Below the pieces are notes generated by a model. That model did not search any database. It was given only the letters and a program-made list of their open reading frames with translations, and was not told the DNA's origin. The position numbers were made by a program, and so were the translations under genes. DNA of 64,000 bases, taken from NCBI GenBank assembly GCA_033442325.1, contig JAWQFM010000003.1, forward strand, positions 2,186,863 to 2,250,862. Reading direction: 5' to 3'. Below, one piece after another: positions 49,549 to 64,000 of the stretch. How positions within the stretch are numbered: the stretch's first letter is position 1; each line of letters begins with the position of its first letter. This DNA is from Salpingoeca rosetta. Lineage: Eukaryota; Protista; Choanoflagellata.

Positions 49549-49704
49549 ATGTGCCACAGGACGACGTGCAGCAAATGTCACAAGCCCACCTGGGCAGGTT
49601 GTGGTCGCCACATTGACGCTGCCCTCCGCGGCGTTCCCATGGATGAGCGGTGCAAGTGCAAAGCACACACGGGCACAGCACCTCCCTCATGCAGCATCAT
49701 GTAG
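49549..49704 (+). CDS. Small Cys-rich microprotein, copy 2, 51 aa, ending in the CaaX motif CSIM
   Basis: MCHRTTCSKCHKPTWAGCGRHIDAALRGVPMDERCKCKAHTGTAPPSCSIM*; clear paralog of copy 1; too short to appear in the ORF track. Confidence 0.82.
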   Translation: MCHRTTCSKCHKPTWAGCGRHIDAALRGVPMDERCKCKAHTGTAPPSCSIM

Positions 49705-50225
49705 TTGTGTGTGTGTGTGGGTGTGTGTGTCTGGGTGGGTGTGTCGGTTAGCTACACTGGCTTCCTTTTTTGCCTGTGCTGTGATGACGTTCACTGGTCG
49801 CTGCCCACTTCCCATCCCCAAGCTGCTGTTCAACCTCCCCTCTTCCTGATGCACACCCTTGTTTGTCCAAGGATTGACAGCGCTTGCGTCTTCCTCTAAC
49901 CTGCGCACCATTCCCCCACCTCCCCAAACATGTGTGGCCGACGACTGCCCGCTGCACCTTGTCAATCGCTTCCCCTGCCGTGCGTGTGGCCCTCTTCCCA
50001 TATAACCCTCCTTCCACCTCGACTGTAGGGTGTTGGCACCCTTCATCACCATGTACCGCTTTGTAATTAAATGACCCCAATGGCAACTCTGCACAATGAG
50101 AAAGAAGCGAGCAACTGCGCACTCAAACGCTATCACAACATGCCATGCATTATGCACAAGACGATTGGATGGAAAGTACATAGATCAACAAGAGAGGAAC
50201 GAAAGGGCACAAGGTGTCAGTGTGG

Positions 50226-50517
50226 TTATGACGAGCTTTGTTGAGCGTGTGACTGCTGCCCAATCTCCGCGCGCAGTTTCTTCAGTGCGTTGTCCACCAG
50301 TCTCGCCTTTCGTCTGTCTTCCCCAGACCGAAACAGGCCCTGCCGGCTCGTGTCGTCAAACCTGAAAAGCGAGATGCGCAAGGGGGGCGCGTGAGGTGAG
50401 CGTACGCGGCGATTGGCAGGGGGGGGGGGTTGGCGAAATAGTGTGTGGAGTTCGCTCGCTCGCACGCAAGACAGGCCCACACACACACGCACACACACGC
50501 ACACACACGCACACGCA

Positions 50518-50596
<79 letters not shown>

Positions 50597-51540
50597 TGGT
50601 ACACACTTTTCGAGCCACATGAGGACAATGTGAGGCTTGAGGTGCGCGTATGTCTGTGTGCGCTGCTCAGGATCAAGATACACGGCCCAGTCCTCCTTCA
50701 AGAACACATCCACAAGCTAAACAGAGGCAAGCGGCAACCAACGTGAGCAGAAACTCACATCTCCGCGAAAGGTAGGGTAGAGAGCAAAAAAGTATACACC
50801 ACGCACACTATCCGACAAGCAACACTCGTGCTCCCGCATTAGGACCACACACAAACAACACACATCGCCACGTTCACCACACCGTCCTTCCATTGACAAC
50901 AGCACCTCGCGAAGAGAGACGAAGAGCCCTTGCAAGAGCTGATCGCCAGCGTCAATCACGGGACACGAGTCCGCATAATCCTCGCACAACTGGTGTATGG
51001 TGTGTGTGTGCGTGCGTGTGTGTGTGTGTGAGGAAAAGGAAGATCGCCCGAGACGAGCACGGTGATTCAGTGTTCCCATCATGTGAGTTGCAATCACGTG
51101 ATGGCGGTGAACGCTGCAGCAACGTACCCGCACGTCGAGCTCAAACGATTTGATGCCGTTGAGATTCACCTTCTTAATCTGTGCGTGTGTGCATGGTACA
51201 GATGGTTGTGTGCGTGTGTAGTTGCGCGTGGGCTCACATAGCCATATCCGAGTGCGCTCCAATTGCCAGCTTGGCGAAGCAGTCGATGGGTGACACGCGC
51301 ACACATACGCACTCGCATACAACTCTCACGCAAAAGCACGAACATATACACACGCACTCACACACTCACGCACTCACGCACACACCTCTGGACTTTGGAC
51401 GAGTTCCATGAGTTTCGAGCACAGGTGCTTGCACGTCATAAAGTATGCATGCGTCGCCACCTCTTTCTGCAAACCCGACAAGTGTGCAAGTAAACATCAC
51501 ATTGTGAGCGAGTGAGCGCGCGCGCGCACACACACACACA

Positions 51541-51585
<45 letters not shown>

Positions 51586-52426
51586 ACACGAGAAGCACCA
51601 GATACAGAAACGAGCAGCAGCAGCAGCAGCAGCAGTGCCATCACACGCATTGCACGCGTCACTCACGGGGAGGTTGGTTAACGACGCAAACATGGTGGTG
51701 AGGTAAGCAAGGAGATCGTACATGTACGAGCTCGAAGTTGTCCTGTAAACAGCACAACACACACACGCGCGCGCGCGACACCAGAAACACATCCAAAAGG
51801 TGAATGGTATCATCCTTGAAAGGCAGGACGTGGCATGTCCGCACCCAGCCATCTTGTACACACCACTCAATCCCTACACCGCCATCATTTGATGTCGCAA
51901 AACTGCACGACCAAGACTACCATATTCGCGATGCCAACACCAGCACGTCACATGGCCACGCAACACCACCACCACACCGACATCATCATCACGACAGCAT
52001 GATTGCGTGACCGTGACAGCAGCAGCACCTTGGCTCTGCTGGCGCCCAGTCGTAATCTGCGAGATCAAGGCACTCGTCAATCTGTTCGCTCAACAGCTCA
52101 ACCATCCGATACTCAGCAGCGGAGCGTGCGTCTGGTGGTGGTGTGAGGTGGTGACGGAATGTATGAATGCATTCCAAGTGCGAGTGTCCAGACGGCTATC
52201 AAAGCACACGAAAACCCACGCACACCAAGTACACACGCACACCCAAGCACACACACACCCAAGCAACACACAACATGCACACACACACACACAAAACACG
52301 CTGAGCAACCGACCCTTGAAGTCTGATGCTGCGTAGAGGCGCGTGATGTGAATGTCATCGCCAACGGTTTTCGTCAGCGATGAAATGTAGCGCTCCAACT
52401 TCTCACACGCGCGCTGCCACGCATGA

Positions 52427-52502
<76 letters not shown>

Positions 52503-53081
52503 CAATGTGCATGTGTGAGGAAGACGTTCACGTGAGCGTGCGTGATCGCCAACAACCCGCCACATCTCAGCACAACACAATGTCAACAATTCAGGCGAAG
52601 CCGCACCGCACCTCGAGGTATTGCGTGTTGACGGAGATTTGTGTCAGCTGCGGCAGCGTCAGCGTTCGCTCCCTGACAATACGGGCCATTGTTCCTGTCG
52701 AGTGGTGGTGGTGGTGGTGGGGGTTAGTAGTTGTGAGGATGATGGAGTGGGGTTGGTGGTGAGGCAGTGGAGATCCAGAAGGGGTCAGGGTGGAGCGCAT
52801 TGGTCGAAACACACGCATGCACGCACACGCACACGCACACGCACACACGCACACGCACACGCACACACCTACCGCTGAGGACTTTGGAGAGGAGCTGGTT
52901 TGTCGATTGGCGAACAGTTTCATCCACTTCCGTGTTGCTGAATAAAATGAACGCAACAATGAGCAGAGCCGTGTGTGTGCGCGTTTGTGAGCATTGTGCG
53001 TTTGTGGGCATTGTGCGTTTGTGGGCATTTGCGCGCGCGCGCGTGTGTGTGTGTGTGTGTGCGCGCGCGCGTTTGTGGGCA

Positions 53082-53161
<80 letters not shown>

Positions 53162-56100
53162 TGTTGGCAGATGTGCAACCTTGTGAACCATACAACGAAG
53201 CGAACTCAGCACGATCATGTCGTTCATGCACGCGCTGACCTGAGGCCGATGTTGTGGATGTAGAGCCACGTGAGAAAGATAAACTGCTTCACCTCCACGT
53301 ATATGTTCGGCACCGCGTCCGAAAACTCGAGCGAGTGCGGCAGCTCGGCCTGACGTGCCGTATATACGACGAGTGTTGCTGACGTGAGAGGACATGGTGA
53401 CGAAGCAGAGGCATGTGCACAGTCGAACGCGAGAGACGCATGCACGTGTGTATGTACGCGTGCGTGCATGTATGTTAGCGGCATGCACACACATGCACAC
53501 ATGCACACATCCACGCGTAAGGAGCACATGTGCGCACCTCATCAGCTGGCACGTCGCTAAACGGATATTTCGCCCGCAGCGCCCGGTACTCCTCCTTCAC
53601 ACACACACATGCAAAAGAGCGGCAGTCAACGAGCGGTTGTGATGACGCACACGCAAGAGAACACACACACACACACAAGAGAGAACACACACACACAAAA
53701 GAAAAGGCACGCACACATACACACACAAAGAGAAACAGACCTCTGTGTCCACATGGAGCGGAGTGTAGTTGTCGGAGAAGAGAATTCCGCGCAGAACTTC
53801 CCCCGAGCTCGTGAGAAGCACAGACTGCAGGGCGCAATGTGTGCGTGTGCGTGTGTGTTGTGCTGTGAGGCGAGGGTGGACGGGGAAGCAAACAGCGCAC
53901 ATAGACACGCGGACAGACACGGCGTAGAGGCAAGGACCAAGGCCGAAGCCAACACCATTCAACATGCAACTGACACCCTCACGCCAAGGCGCGCAGCAAG
54001 ACACGACTGCAGCAGCAGCAGCAGCGGGACCTGATATCGTTCGCGAATGTCGAGCAGGACGTCCACGAGGCGGCCGATGCTGTAGTCGTGATCCTGATGG
54101 TGAAGATGGCGGTGAAGATGGTGATGGTTGTGGTGGTTGAGGATGGTGGTGGTGAGAATGGTGATGGGTTGGCAGACATGGGAGCATACGTGACGCTCGT
54201 CTGTCTCTTGGAAGAGCAAACACAACGAAACCCAAACAAAACAACGCCCACAACAACACACGAATCAAACAACCTCCACAACAACACAAGTAAAGCAAGA
54301 ACTGAGATCAACAGGACACGGTCGTGTTACCTGCAGGACACGGTTGAACGTGACAATGATCGTTTTGACGGATCGAATCATAGACGCAGTGGTGCAGTTG
54401 GACTGGTGGTGGTGGTGATGGTGACGGCGAGGGATTGAGGATGATGGTTGGTGGAGTACGAAAAGATGGTGGTAAGCATGGGTGGGGAGCATGAGAGATG
54501 ACCTCAACACTCGAGTCACACCGTGCACGCATGGTGAATGAATGTGGTGTACAGGTACAGACGTACGCACGCTCGTACGCAACAGCAACACGAAGCACCG
54601 AAACGAGACGCACAATGGCAGTTTGCATCGCGGTGGCAATCTTGTTCTGCGCGTGATGCCACATTTCATCAAGATACTGCTTGGAGATGAGGCCTGTTGT
54701 CGTTTGAGGAGGAACGTGAGACAATGACGACGGCCGAACGTGGAAGAAACTGTACAGGCTATGTCCGACGTACACACGTACACACAGACACACACATAGA
54801 CACAGACAGACACGCATACACAAACACACACACACACACGCACACACACAGACAGGCGCGCACACATCGCACATACACATGTACACCCGCACTCTCTCAC
54901 CCTCTGTGGTGGAGAGTACGGTCTCCTCGACAAGGAAGAAACCCGCCAGCCGCGCAAAGTAGTCCTGAAAATCGTGCACCGATGTCTGGCGACGCAATGC
55001 ATGCAGGCACATGTGACATGAGGGGTGGGGTGTAGGTTGAGTTGACGTGGGAGGGTGTGGCTGGATGGACACAGACGCCCGTCTGAGGAGGTGGCTGTTA
55101 TGAACGAAGGATGACAATCACGTACAGTCACGCACTGCAGAATTCAATTACATGCACCATCGCATCCATGGTGCATTTTCTGTGCGTGTTACCAGTGGGC
55201 TTGGTGGGTTGATGACCAGCTCCCCTTGCTTCTTCCGCTCCGTCTTGTAATACAAAATGCATGCACTCGTCGAGTTCTGACAGTACATGTGTGTGTGTGC
55301 GTGTGTGCGTGCGTGTGTGTGTGTTGAGCAAGAAAGTCAGGCTAGCCTTCATACACACGCAAAATCCACACACGCATACACACACACAATACACACACGC
55401 ACACACACACACTCTCTCTCTTCCTTCCTAGCGTGTCTCTAATGTTTGCGTGCGCACCAGGACTTGGCAGATGTGCCAGCAGCTGTAGATTGGGCCAAAG
55501 TCGACATCGAGTGCAGCCGCGTGCGCCGTCATGTCCTCAAGCGCTGTTGATCGGATTGGAGGAGAGATGAGATGGATGCAGCCGATGAGATGCTGAACTC
55601 TTCGCGCACTCGTAGGGCGCAGGCAGCAACAACATGCAAACTGCACGTGAACACGCACACACGCGCACACACGCACACACGCACACACACACTCTTTCTC
55701 ACCTGCGAGGGAAGCGCTGCTTGCGCTCGGCTGCGCACCGACAGCTGCGTCTGGATCCATCCCCTCTGTGTCAATCGCATGCACCTTCTGTGCACGCGCC
55801 ATCGCCGTCTCGCCAACAGCCTTGGCCTTCATCCTCGCCTCCTCGAGAAACCGCCGCATGTCGCCAAACGCCTCCTGCCGCACCTGTGCGCGTATGTGCG
55901 GGATGCGCGCTTGGATCGCCTGCCCAAACCGGAACCTGAACACACACGCACGCGTTGGAGAGAGGCAGGGAGAGACACAGACAGAGAGACACAGACAGAC
56001 AGACAGACAGAGTATGTGGTATGTGTGTGTGTGTGAGTGGAGATGATGGAAGGGAAAACGGCACATTGGCCTCGCCACAAAACCATTTGTATCGATCTTC

Positions 56101-56257
56101 CCTCATGCCCTCATCCCCCTCCAATTCCTTGTACATCTCTGCACGTACTGTGTGACGTGTGCAAGATGCTGTGCCTCCAACTCCTCCAACGTCTTGATAA
56201 CAGAGTAGAACCGGCCAGCCTGCAGCTGCACCTGCACCTTGCAGAACAAGCGCAGCG

Positions 56258-56297
<40 letters not shown>

Positions 56298-57569
56298 TGT
56301 GTTTGTGTGTTTGTGTGTCGTGTGTGTCACATGTGCGTCACATGTGTGAGCGTTTACATGCGTGACATGTGAGTTGTGTGCGATGTGAGCTGCACGGGTT
56401 GCTGATGGGCCAGTAGCAAGTGGTTACAGTCAGGGTGTGGTTTAGTCGGCACATTGTCGTTGATTCAGGCTAGGGTCGCGCAACAACGACGGCGAGTGTA
56501 CCTGGCACGCAGACGTTGAGCGTCTCGATGGTGCGAAGAATGTTGCACTGTCGTCTTCTCTCGCGCGCGAGCGATTCCGTCATCGCCTGCAGCCCAGTGC
56601 CTGGATGGTGAACGGCAACGAGCACAAGGTGGGTGAGACACGCATGATCGCTTGCCAACAAGGTCGAGTGGGAACACAGGTCAGAGAAGGGAAAAATGAA
56701 GCACGGCGTGCACATGTACGGCTGGCGGTGCTGCTGACCTGCATCTGAGATCAAGCCCTTAACGCGATCGATCCTCGTCTGCAAAAGTTCACCACACGTG
56801 CATGAACAAGAGTGAGGACGTGGAACAATTAAATACGGGTGAGTCAACAAGACAGGCGACCCCAATAGTGCAGACATACACACCTGTAGTTTGAGGGCGT
56901 GGTCCTTGAGCTTGAGCAGGCGATCAATGGAGTCGATAAACCCTTGGTAGTGGGTGCTGCACAACCGTTCAATATCGCCGTCCAGCTTGGTGGTCTGTGT
57001 CTCCAGTGCTTTCACGAACGTTGGGATGTCGGATTGCGAGGAATCGTACACAGCTCTGCATCAGAGAGACAGAGAGAGACAGAGAGAGAGCGCGCGCGAG
57101 CGCGCGCGGGGGGTCAGTGCGGGTTCAAGCTCAGCACACGCCTCCTTCGTGGTCGTTGTTGAAAAAAGGAAGGAGGGAAGAGAGGGAGGGAGAAGGAGAG
57201 GCACAGTACGTACACACACACACACACCAACACTCTCTAACATTCACACCTACACGCACGCACACGCACACGCACACGCACACGCACACGCAAACACAAG
57301 CTGCCCAACACACATTCACATACGCACCGCAGAGTTGGGGCAATGTTGCCTTCGGAGTTGATGACCTCTGAGAGCAGCATGGAGTAGTTTCGGCCATGGC
57401 CCATGTTGCCGTCGTCTCCGGCAGCAAGGCTACCAACGCTGCCAGCGCTGCTCTTCCGCGTCGCAGCTCCCTCGTCATGCACAGCACCATCGCCGTGCAC
57501 GGTATCGGTGCTGGCAGTGTCCTCCCTCCTGCTGCTTCCTCCTCCCTCGCCATCGTCGTTATCCATCAT
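50226..57569 (-). CDS. EXOC6: Exocyst complex component 6 (Sec15)
   Basis: IAPTLRAVYD, DIERLCSTHYQGFIDSIDRLLK, GRFYSVIKTLEELEAQHL, VDFGPIYSCWHI, FARLAGFFLVEE, LTLPQLTQISVN, IKSFELDV. Confidence 0.93.
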
Positions 57570-57822
57570 CTTCAGCTTCTTTCAGTTTGTTTGGTTGCTG
57601 AAAATTATTGAAAGATTGCGTCCAGTTTTCCACAAAGCACATCACCACCAACGCAACAACGCGAACGTCTCGTTCATCTGCTGTGGTGCTCGTGTGTCTG
57701 TGTGTGCTCGTGTGTGTGTGTGCTTCCTGACTGCCCTTCCCCTGTGTCGTGCACAACCGCATCCATTCATCTGTCTGTTCATTTCCCGCATCACCGGGCT
57801 GGAGTAAGCGCTGTTTGGCACC
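57570..57822. promoter_or_regulatory. Putative bidirectional promoter EXOC6/SLU7
   Basis: 253 bp between divergent ATGs with an AT-rich patch near 57600. Confidence 0.5.
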
Positions 57823-58146
57823 ATGTCGAACGCGACGCGAAAGATCAAGACGCGTGAAGAGATCCGCAAGGAGAAGGAGCTCGATGAGGCACGAAAGCGC
57901 GGTACCATCCCTGCAGAGGTTGATGAGGAAGGTCGCGACATCAACCCGCACATCCCGCAGTACATCAAGGATGCCCCATGGTACTACAAGACAGACAAGT
58001 AAGTTAAGCACAGACTATGGTTAGCCCTGCGCGTTGCTTCGTATTGTTCGTTGGTCTATGTTTTTGGCTGTGGGTGATCTTGTCTGTCGTGCCAAGATTC
58101 ACACGCCACAGCAGCCCGCTCACAAACGATCTGCCCGCTGCTGCTG

Positions 58147-58188
<42 letters not shown>

Positions 58189-60037
58189 GTGTGTGTGTGT
58201 GTCTTCACTTGTTTTCGTCCTGATTGCTGGCTTTCGCGTCCAGACCCACGTTGAGGCATCAGCGTGTTCAAGATGACAAGAAACAGAAGGTGGACGACAT
58301 CCACAAGACGTTGCGCAAGGGCATCATCCGCGTGAGTCAATGCCGTTCATTTTTTTGTTCGTGGTGTGGATGCTGTTGTCAATGTGCTGAATGTGTGCTT
58401 CCGCTTGCATGGGTGCGATTGAGTGTTGGTTTGCCTTTGTGGTTGAGTGTTGGTTGGCCTTTGTGATTGGATAAGTACATGTGTCTGTTGGATGAGGATT
58501 CCGCCACTTGATCAGTTGCTGTTGATGCACGCAACGAGTATGATTGGTCTCATCCACGGCCTCGATTCCGCAATGCAGGGGAAAACGGCCACTCGGTATC
58601 GGAAAGGCGCGTGCCAGAACTGTGGTTCCCTGTCGCACACCAAGAAGGAATGCGTGTATCGACCTCGTCGTGTAGGTGCTCGCTTCACCGGCCAAGACAT
58701 TGCCCCAGATGAATACATCCCGGTATGTGCGCACTGTGAGAGAGAGAGAGTGTGTGTGTGTGTGTGTATGTGTGTGTGTGTGTGAGTGAGTATGTGAGAA
58801 AGTGAGAGTGAGTGAGCGTGTGTGTGAGTATGTGTGAGCGTGTGTGCGAGTGTGTGTTTTCACGTTTGTGCTTGCACGTGCGTGTGTAATTGTGTGCTTG
58901 TCTTGATGGCTTCGCGTGTGTGTTGCCCTCGCCGTCTTGTCCGCTCTCGCTCACCATGTCCCCGCTTGGGCAACAACACATGCAATTGCTGCCACGCGCA
59001 ACAGTCGGACTCTGCGGTGACCTTTGATGGCAAGCGCGATCGCTGGGCGTCATATGACGTGCGCCACCACCAGAAAGTGATTGACGAGTTTGAAAAGGTG
59101 CGTGATGATGCTGATGATGATGATGGGATGGGCGTTGGTACCTTGCATGATGACAAACACTGCAGCCTGCAAACAAACAAACGAACAAACAAACAAACAA
59201 ACAAACAAACACGCTACCGTGCTCCCGACGTCTCACTTGTTTTGTCCAATGTTGTTGTCTGGCCGTGTCAGGTTGAGCGTGAGAAGCGCCGATTGCAGGC
59301 GGAGAAACTGCGCAACGAGGCGGAGGAGAAGAAGAAAGCACGCGAAGCCAACGCGGGCGAGGGCGGGGGCGACAGCAGCAGCAGCAGCGACGATGATGAC
59401 GATGACGACGACGATGAAGACGACGAGAAGGACGAGCTGAAGTATGCTGACTCAGCAGAAATGGCCGGGTCGAAGGTTGACACGAAGCGCCGCATCACCG
59501 TGCGTAACCTGCGTATCCGCGAAGACACTGCAAAGTACCTGCTCAACCTGGACCCAAACTCCGCCCATTACGATCCAAAAACCCGCAGTATGCGCGCCAA
59601 TCCGCTCGCCCACCTTGGCGTCCCAGAGAAGGAGTACGTGCTCGTGCCCGTGTGGCTGAAGCATGTGTGTTTGAAGAGGGTGTTTGATCCGTGCGTGCAG
59701 GCTCACCCGCGCCGTGGCCGTATGCAGCGCCTGTTCTCTGGGTTTCATTTTGCGTTCACCTTGCTCCCGCCTCGCTTCAACTTCCCGCGCACGTTTAGCC
59801 CTCACCATCACCACCATCACCACCACCACGCGCTGCAGCCTGCCATATGCTGGCGACAACTTTGTGCGCTACTCTGGCGATGTGCCGAAGGTTGCTGAAA
59901 AGCAGGTGTTTGCCTGGGACGCGGCCAACAAGGGCGCTGAGCTGCACCTGCAGGCCGACCCAACAAAGGCCGAGCTCATGCACAAGCAGTTCAAGGTGCG
60001 GCGCTCGCGTTGATGATGGTGGTGGTGGTGGTTTGTT

Positions 60038-60096
<59 letters not shown>

Positions 60097-60272
60097 ACGT
60101 GTGCTTTGACTGGTAGATGACTGCGATGGTTGCAGTGTTAGTGGCGTGCCCTCACTACGAATGCATTTTGGTGATGTACAGGTGAAGAAAGCCAACTTCC
60201 AGGAGGACCAGCGCAAGAGCATCCTCGAAAAGGTACGCACGAAAGCGCTCACACACACACACACACTCACAC

Positions 60273-60313
<41 letters not shown>

Positions 60314-60648
60314 CACACACACATCGACGCATGGGGCCTATTTCTTGCAAACAACAAACACATGCACACCACACAAACAACGCCTCACCTGTTGCTATTT
60401 GTGACCTCTCTCTCTTTCTGTGTGTGTGTGTGTGTGCAGTATGGTGGAGAGACACACCTGAAGGCGCCGCCAAAAGAGCTGTTGATGGCGCAGACAGAGC
60501 ACTACGTTGAATACTCGCAGACAGGACGCGTCATCAAGGGCAAGGAAAAGCCAAAGGTGCGGTGCTGGCGTGGGTGGGTGGATATGGTTGTGGAGTTGTT
60601 GTGGTTGAGATGGGTGCGTGAACATTGTGCTAATTGTGGTCGATGTGT

Positions 60649-60703
<55 letters not shown>

Positions 60704-61669
60704 GGGGGGGTGTTGTGCTTCTTTTCATGGCGTGTCTCAACACGGTGATCTGTGCTCCATCTCACGTGTTGTTTCTCCAAAGGTTCTCTCTCGTTACGAG
60801 GAAGACGTGTATCCTGGCAACCACAAGTCCATCTGGGGCTCCTACTGGGTTGATGGTGAGCATACACGCGCTTTTCACGCATACATACACACCTGTTGTT
60901 GCATCCATTGGCCTCTTCACTTGCCTGTTTGGTTTTTGTACGCTTGCGTTTCGCACGCTGTCGTTTGCATGTTTTTGGTGCCCTTTATACCACCAACGTC
61001 GTTGGACTGATGCGTTGTGCTTTCTGCCTGGTGTTACATGCGTGCCTGCAGGCAAGTGGGGCTACGCTTGCTGCCACTCCACGGAGAGGAATTCCTACTG
61101 CACTGGCGAGGCTGGGCGCCGTGCTCGCAAGGTGGCTCGAATCGCTCATTCATGGGTGTGGAGGGGAGCGTTGAGTGAGTGGGTGTGTGCGTGCATATGT
61201 GTGTGCATGTGTGTGCGTTATTTGTGTGTGCATGTGTGCGTGTGTTTGTGCGTGTGTTGGTGAGCTGTTTAACAGCTGGCAATCTGTGCCGATCCTGCTG
61301 TTTGCGCTATGGGTGTTGGCTCCTTGCACTACAAACACCCTCACATGCGATGTGTGTGTGTGTGTACGCGCGTTTGTGCTCGCTCAGGCAAAACCCACGG
61401 ATCTGCTCGCTGCCAAGATGGACGCGGGTGAGAAGGTCGGAGGCAGCGGCAGCGGCGACACCACCACCGCCACCACCACCACCACTGCGAGCGATGAGAC
61501 GGAGAGCAAGTCGCTGGTGGACCTGCACCAGGAGCGGCAGCGGCGTGATGGCGGCGACGAGGCCGACGGGTCGTCGTCATCTTCGTCGAAGGACAAGAAG
61601 AAGAAGAAGAAAAAGAAGCACAAGAAGAAGCGCAGCAAGGACAGCGACGGTACGCCTGCGCGCGCGGTT

Positions 61670-61725
<56 letters not shown>

Positions 61726-62078
61726 ATCTTCATTTCGAGCTTGTGCACTGTGTATATGTGTGTGCGTGCGTGTGTGTGTTTGTGTGTACATGTGCAATGC
61801 ATTGTTTGTCTCACGCCACGTGCATTGACTGTGCTTCCACCGCCCCGTTCATCTGCAGATGATGACGACCTTGACGATGAGATGGCTGCTGCGCGGAAAA
61901 AGGAGAAGCGCATCCAGGAGCTGATTGATAAGCAGAAGCGCGCAGACGAGGCAAACACCCGCTACCTGCAGATGGACGAGAGGTGCGTTGAGGCAGGCGC
62001 CCCTTTGCTTGTTGTGTTGCGTGGTGGTGCCACTCGCCACCTGACAGCAGCTCACATGCATGATGTGACGTGAAGATG

Positions 62079-62117
<39 letters not shown>

Positions 62118-62301
62118 GGATGTGGTTTGCTCACCCTACACTGTGTCGTTGTCGTCGCCGCATCTATTCTTCTGTGCCAGGGACCGGCCGTTCAACTCTG
62201 CACGCGAGGACTACAAGGAGGTGACGGAGGAGGAGATGGAGGCTTATCGCCGCGGGCGCCAGCGCACCGAAGACCCCATGGCACATTTCCTCTCAAAGTA
62301 A
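57823..62301 (+). CDS. SLU7: Pre-mRNA second-step splicing factor Slu7
   Basis: [37 protein letters not shown], zinc knuckle [58 protein letters not shown]; ends [10 protein letters not shown]. Confidence 0.96.
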
Positions 62302-62367
62302 ACACGCACCACTCGCGCCACTCGCAACTGCGCGTGCACGCAAAGCAACGCATGGGGCTGGATGATG

Positions 62368-62419
<52 letters not shown>

Positions 62420-62528
62420 GACACAGCTGCAACCAACAACAACATGTAACAAAAATCGAAGAAGAAGGACAACACAATCGTCTTGCTGTTGATTGCATTC
62501 TGCAAACCAAACAAGCAATCGCACAGTG

Positions 62529-63984
<1,456 letters not shown>

Positions 63985-64000
63985 CATGCATGGGTGTGAT

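Noticed and set aside
49705-50225. Possible third microprotein copy
   Set aside because: No KPTWxGCG motif found on either strand.

Overview
Intron-rich, gene-dense eukaryotic DNA whose introns are saturated with (CA)n/(GT)n microsatellites. The style and gene content suggest a choanoflagellate such as Salpingoeca rosetta (inference, not verified). Most ORFs in the supplied track are microsatellite artefacts. Stitching exons by eye gives 14 genes: WDR4/TRM82(-), TIM10(+), SPRING1/C12orf49(-), TM7SF3(+), a large LIM/CPI-motif actin regulator(-), dynactin p150/DCTN1(-), a CABCOCO1/CLAMP-domain ciliary gene(+), PRC1/MAP65(+), PRPF3(-), a MadBub (BUB1/BUBR1) with a degenerate kinase(+), two tandem ~50-aa Cys-rich microproteins(+), EXOC6/Sec15(-), SLU7(+) and a probably mitochondrial MscS channel(+). 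There are five head-to-head pairs and two 100-N gaps. The most anomalous stretch is a ~310-bp compositionally foreign insert (about 8201-8510) inside a GC-AG intron of TM7SF3. It interrupts a local tandem duplication, and I cannot assign it to a known family or exclude an artefact. Family assignments come from recognised motifs, not database searches, and internal exon boundaries are approximate.
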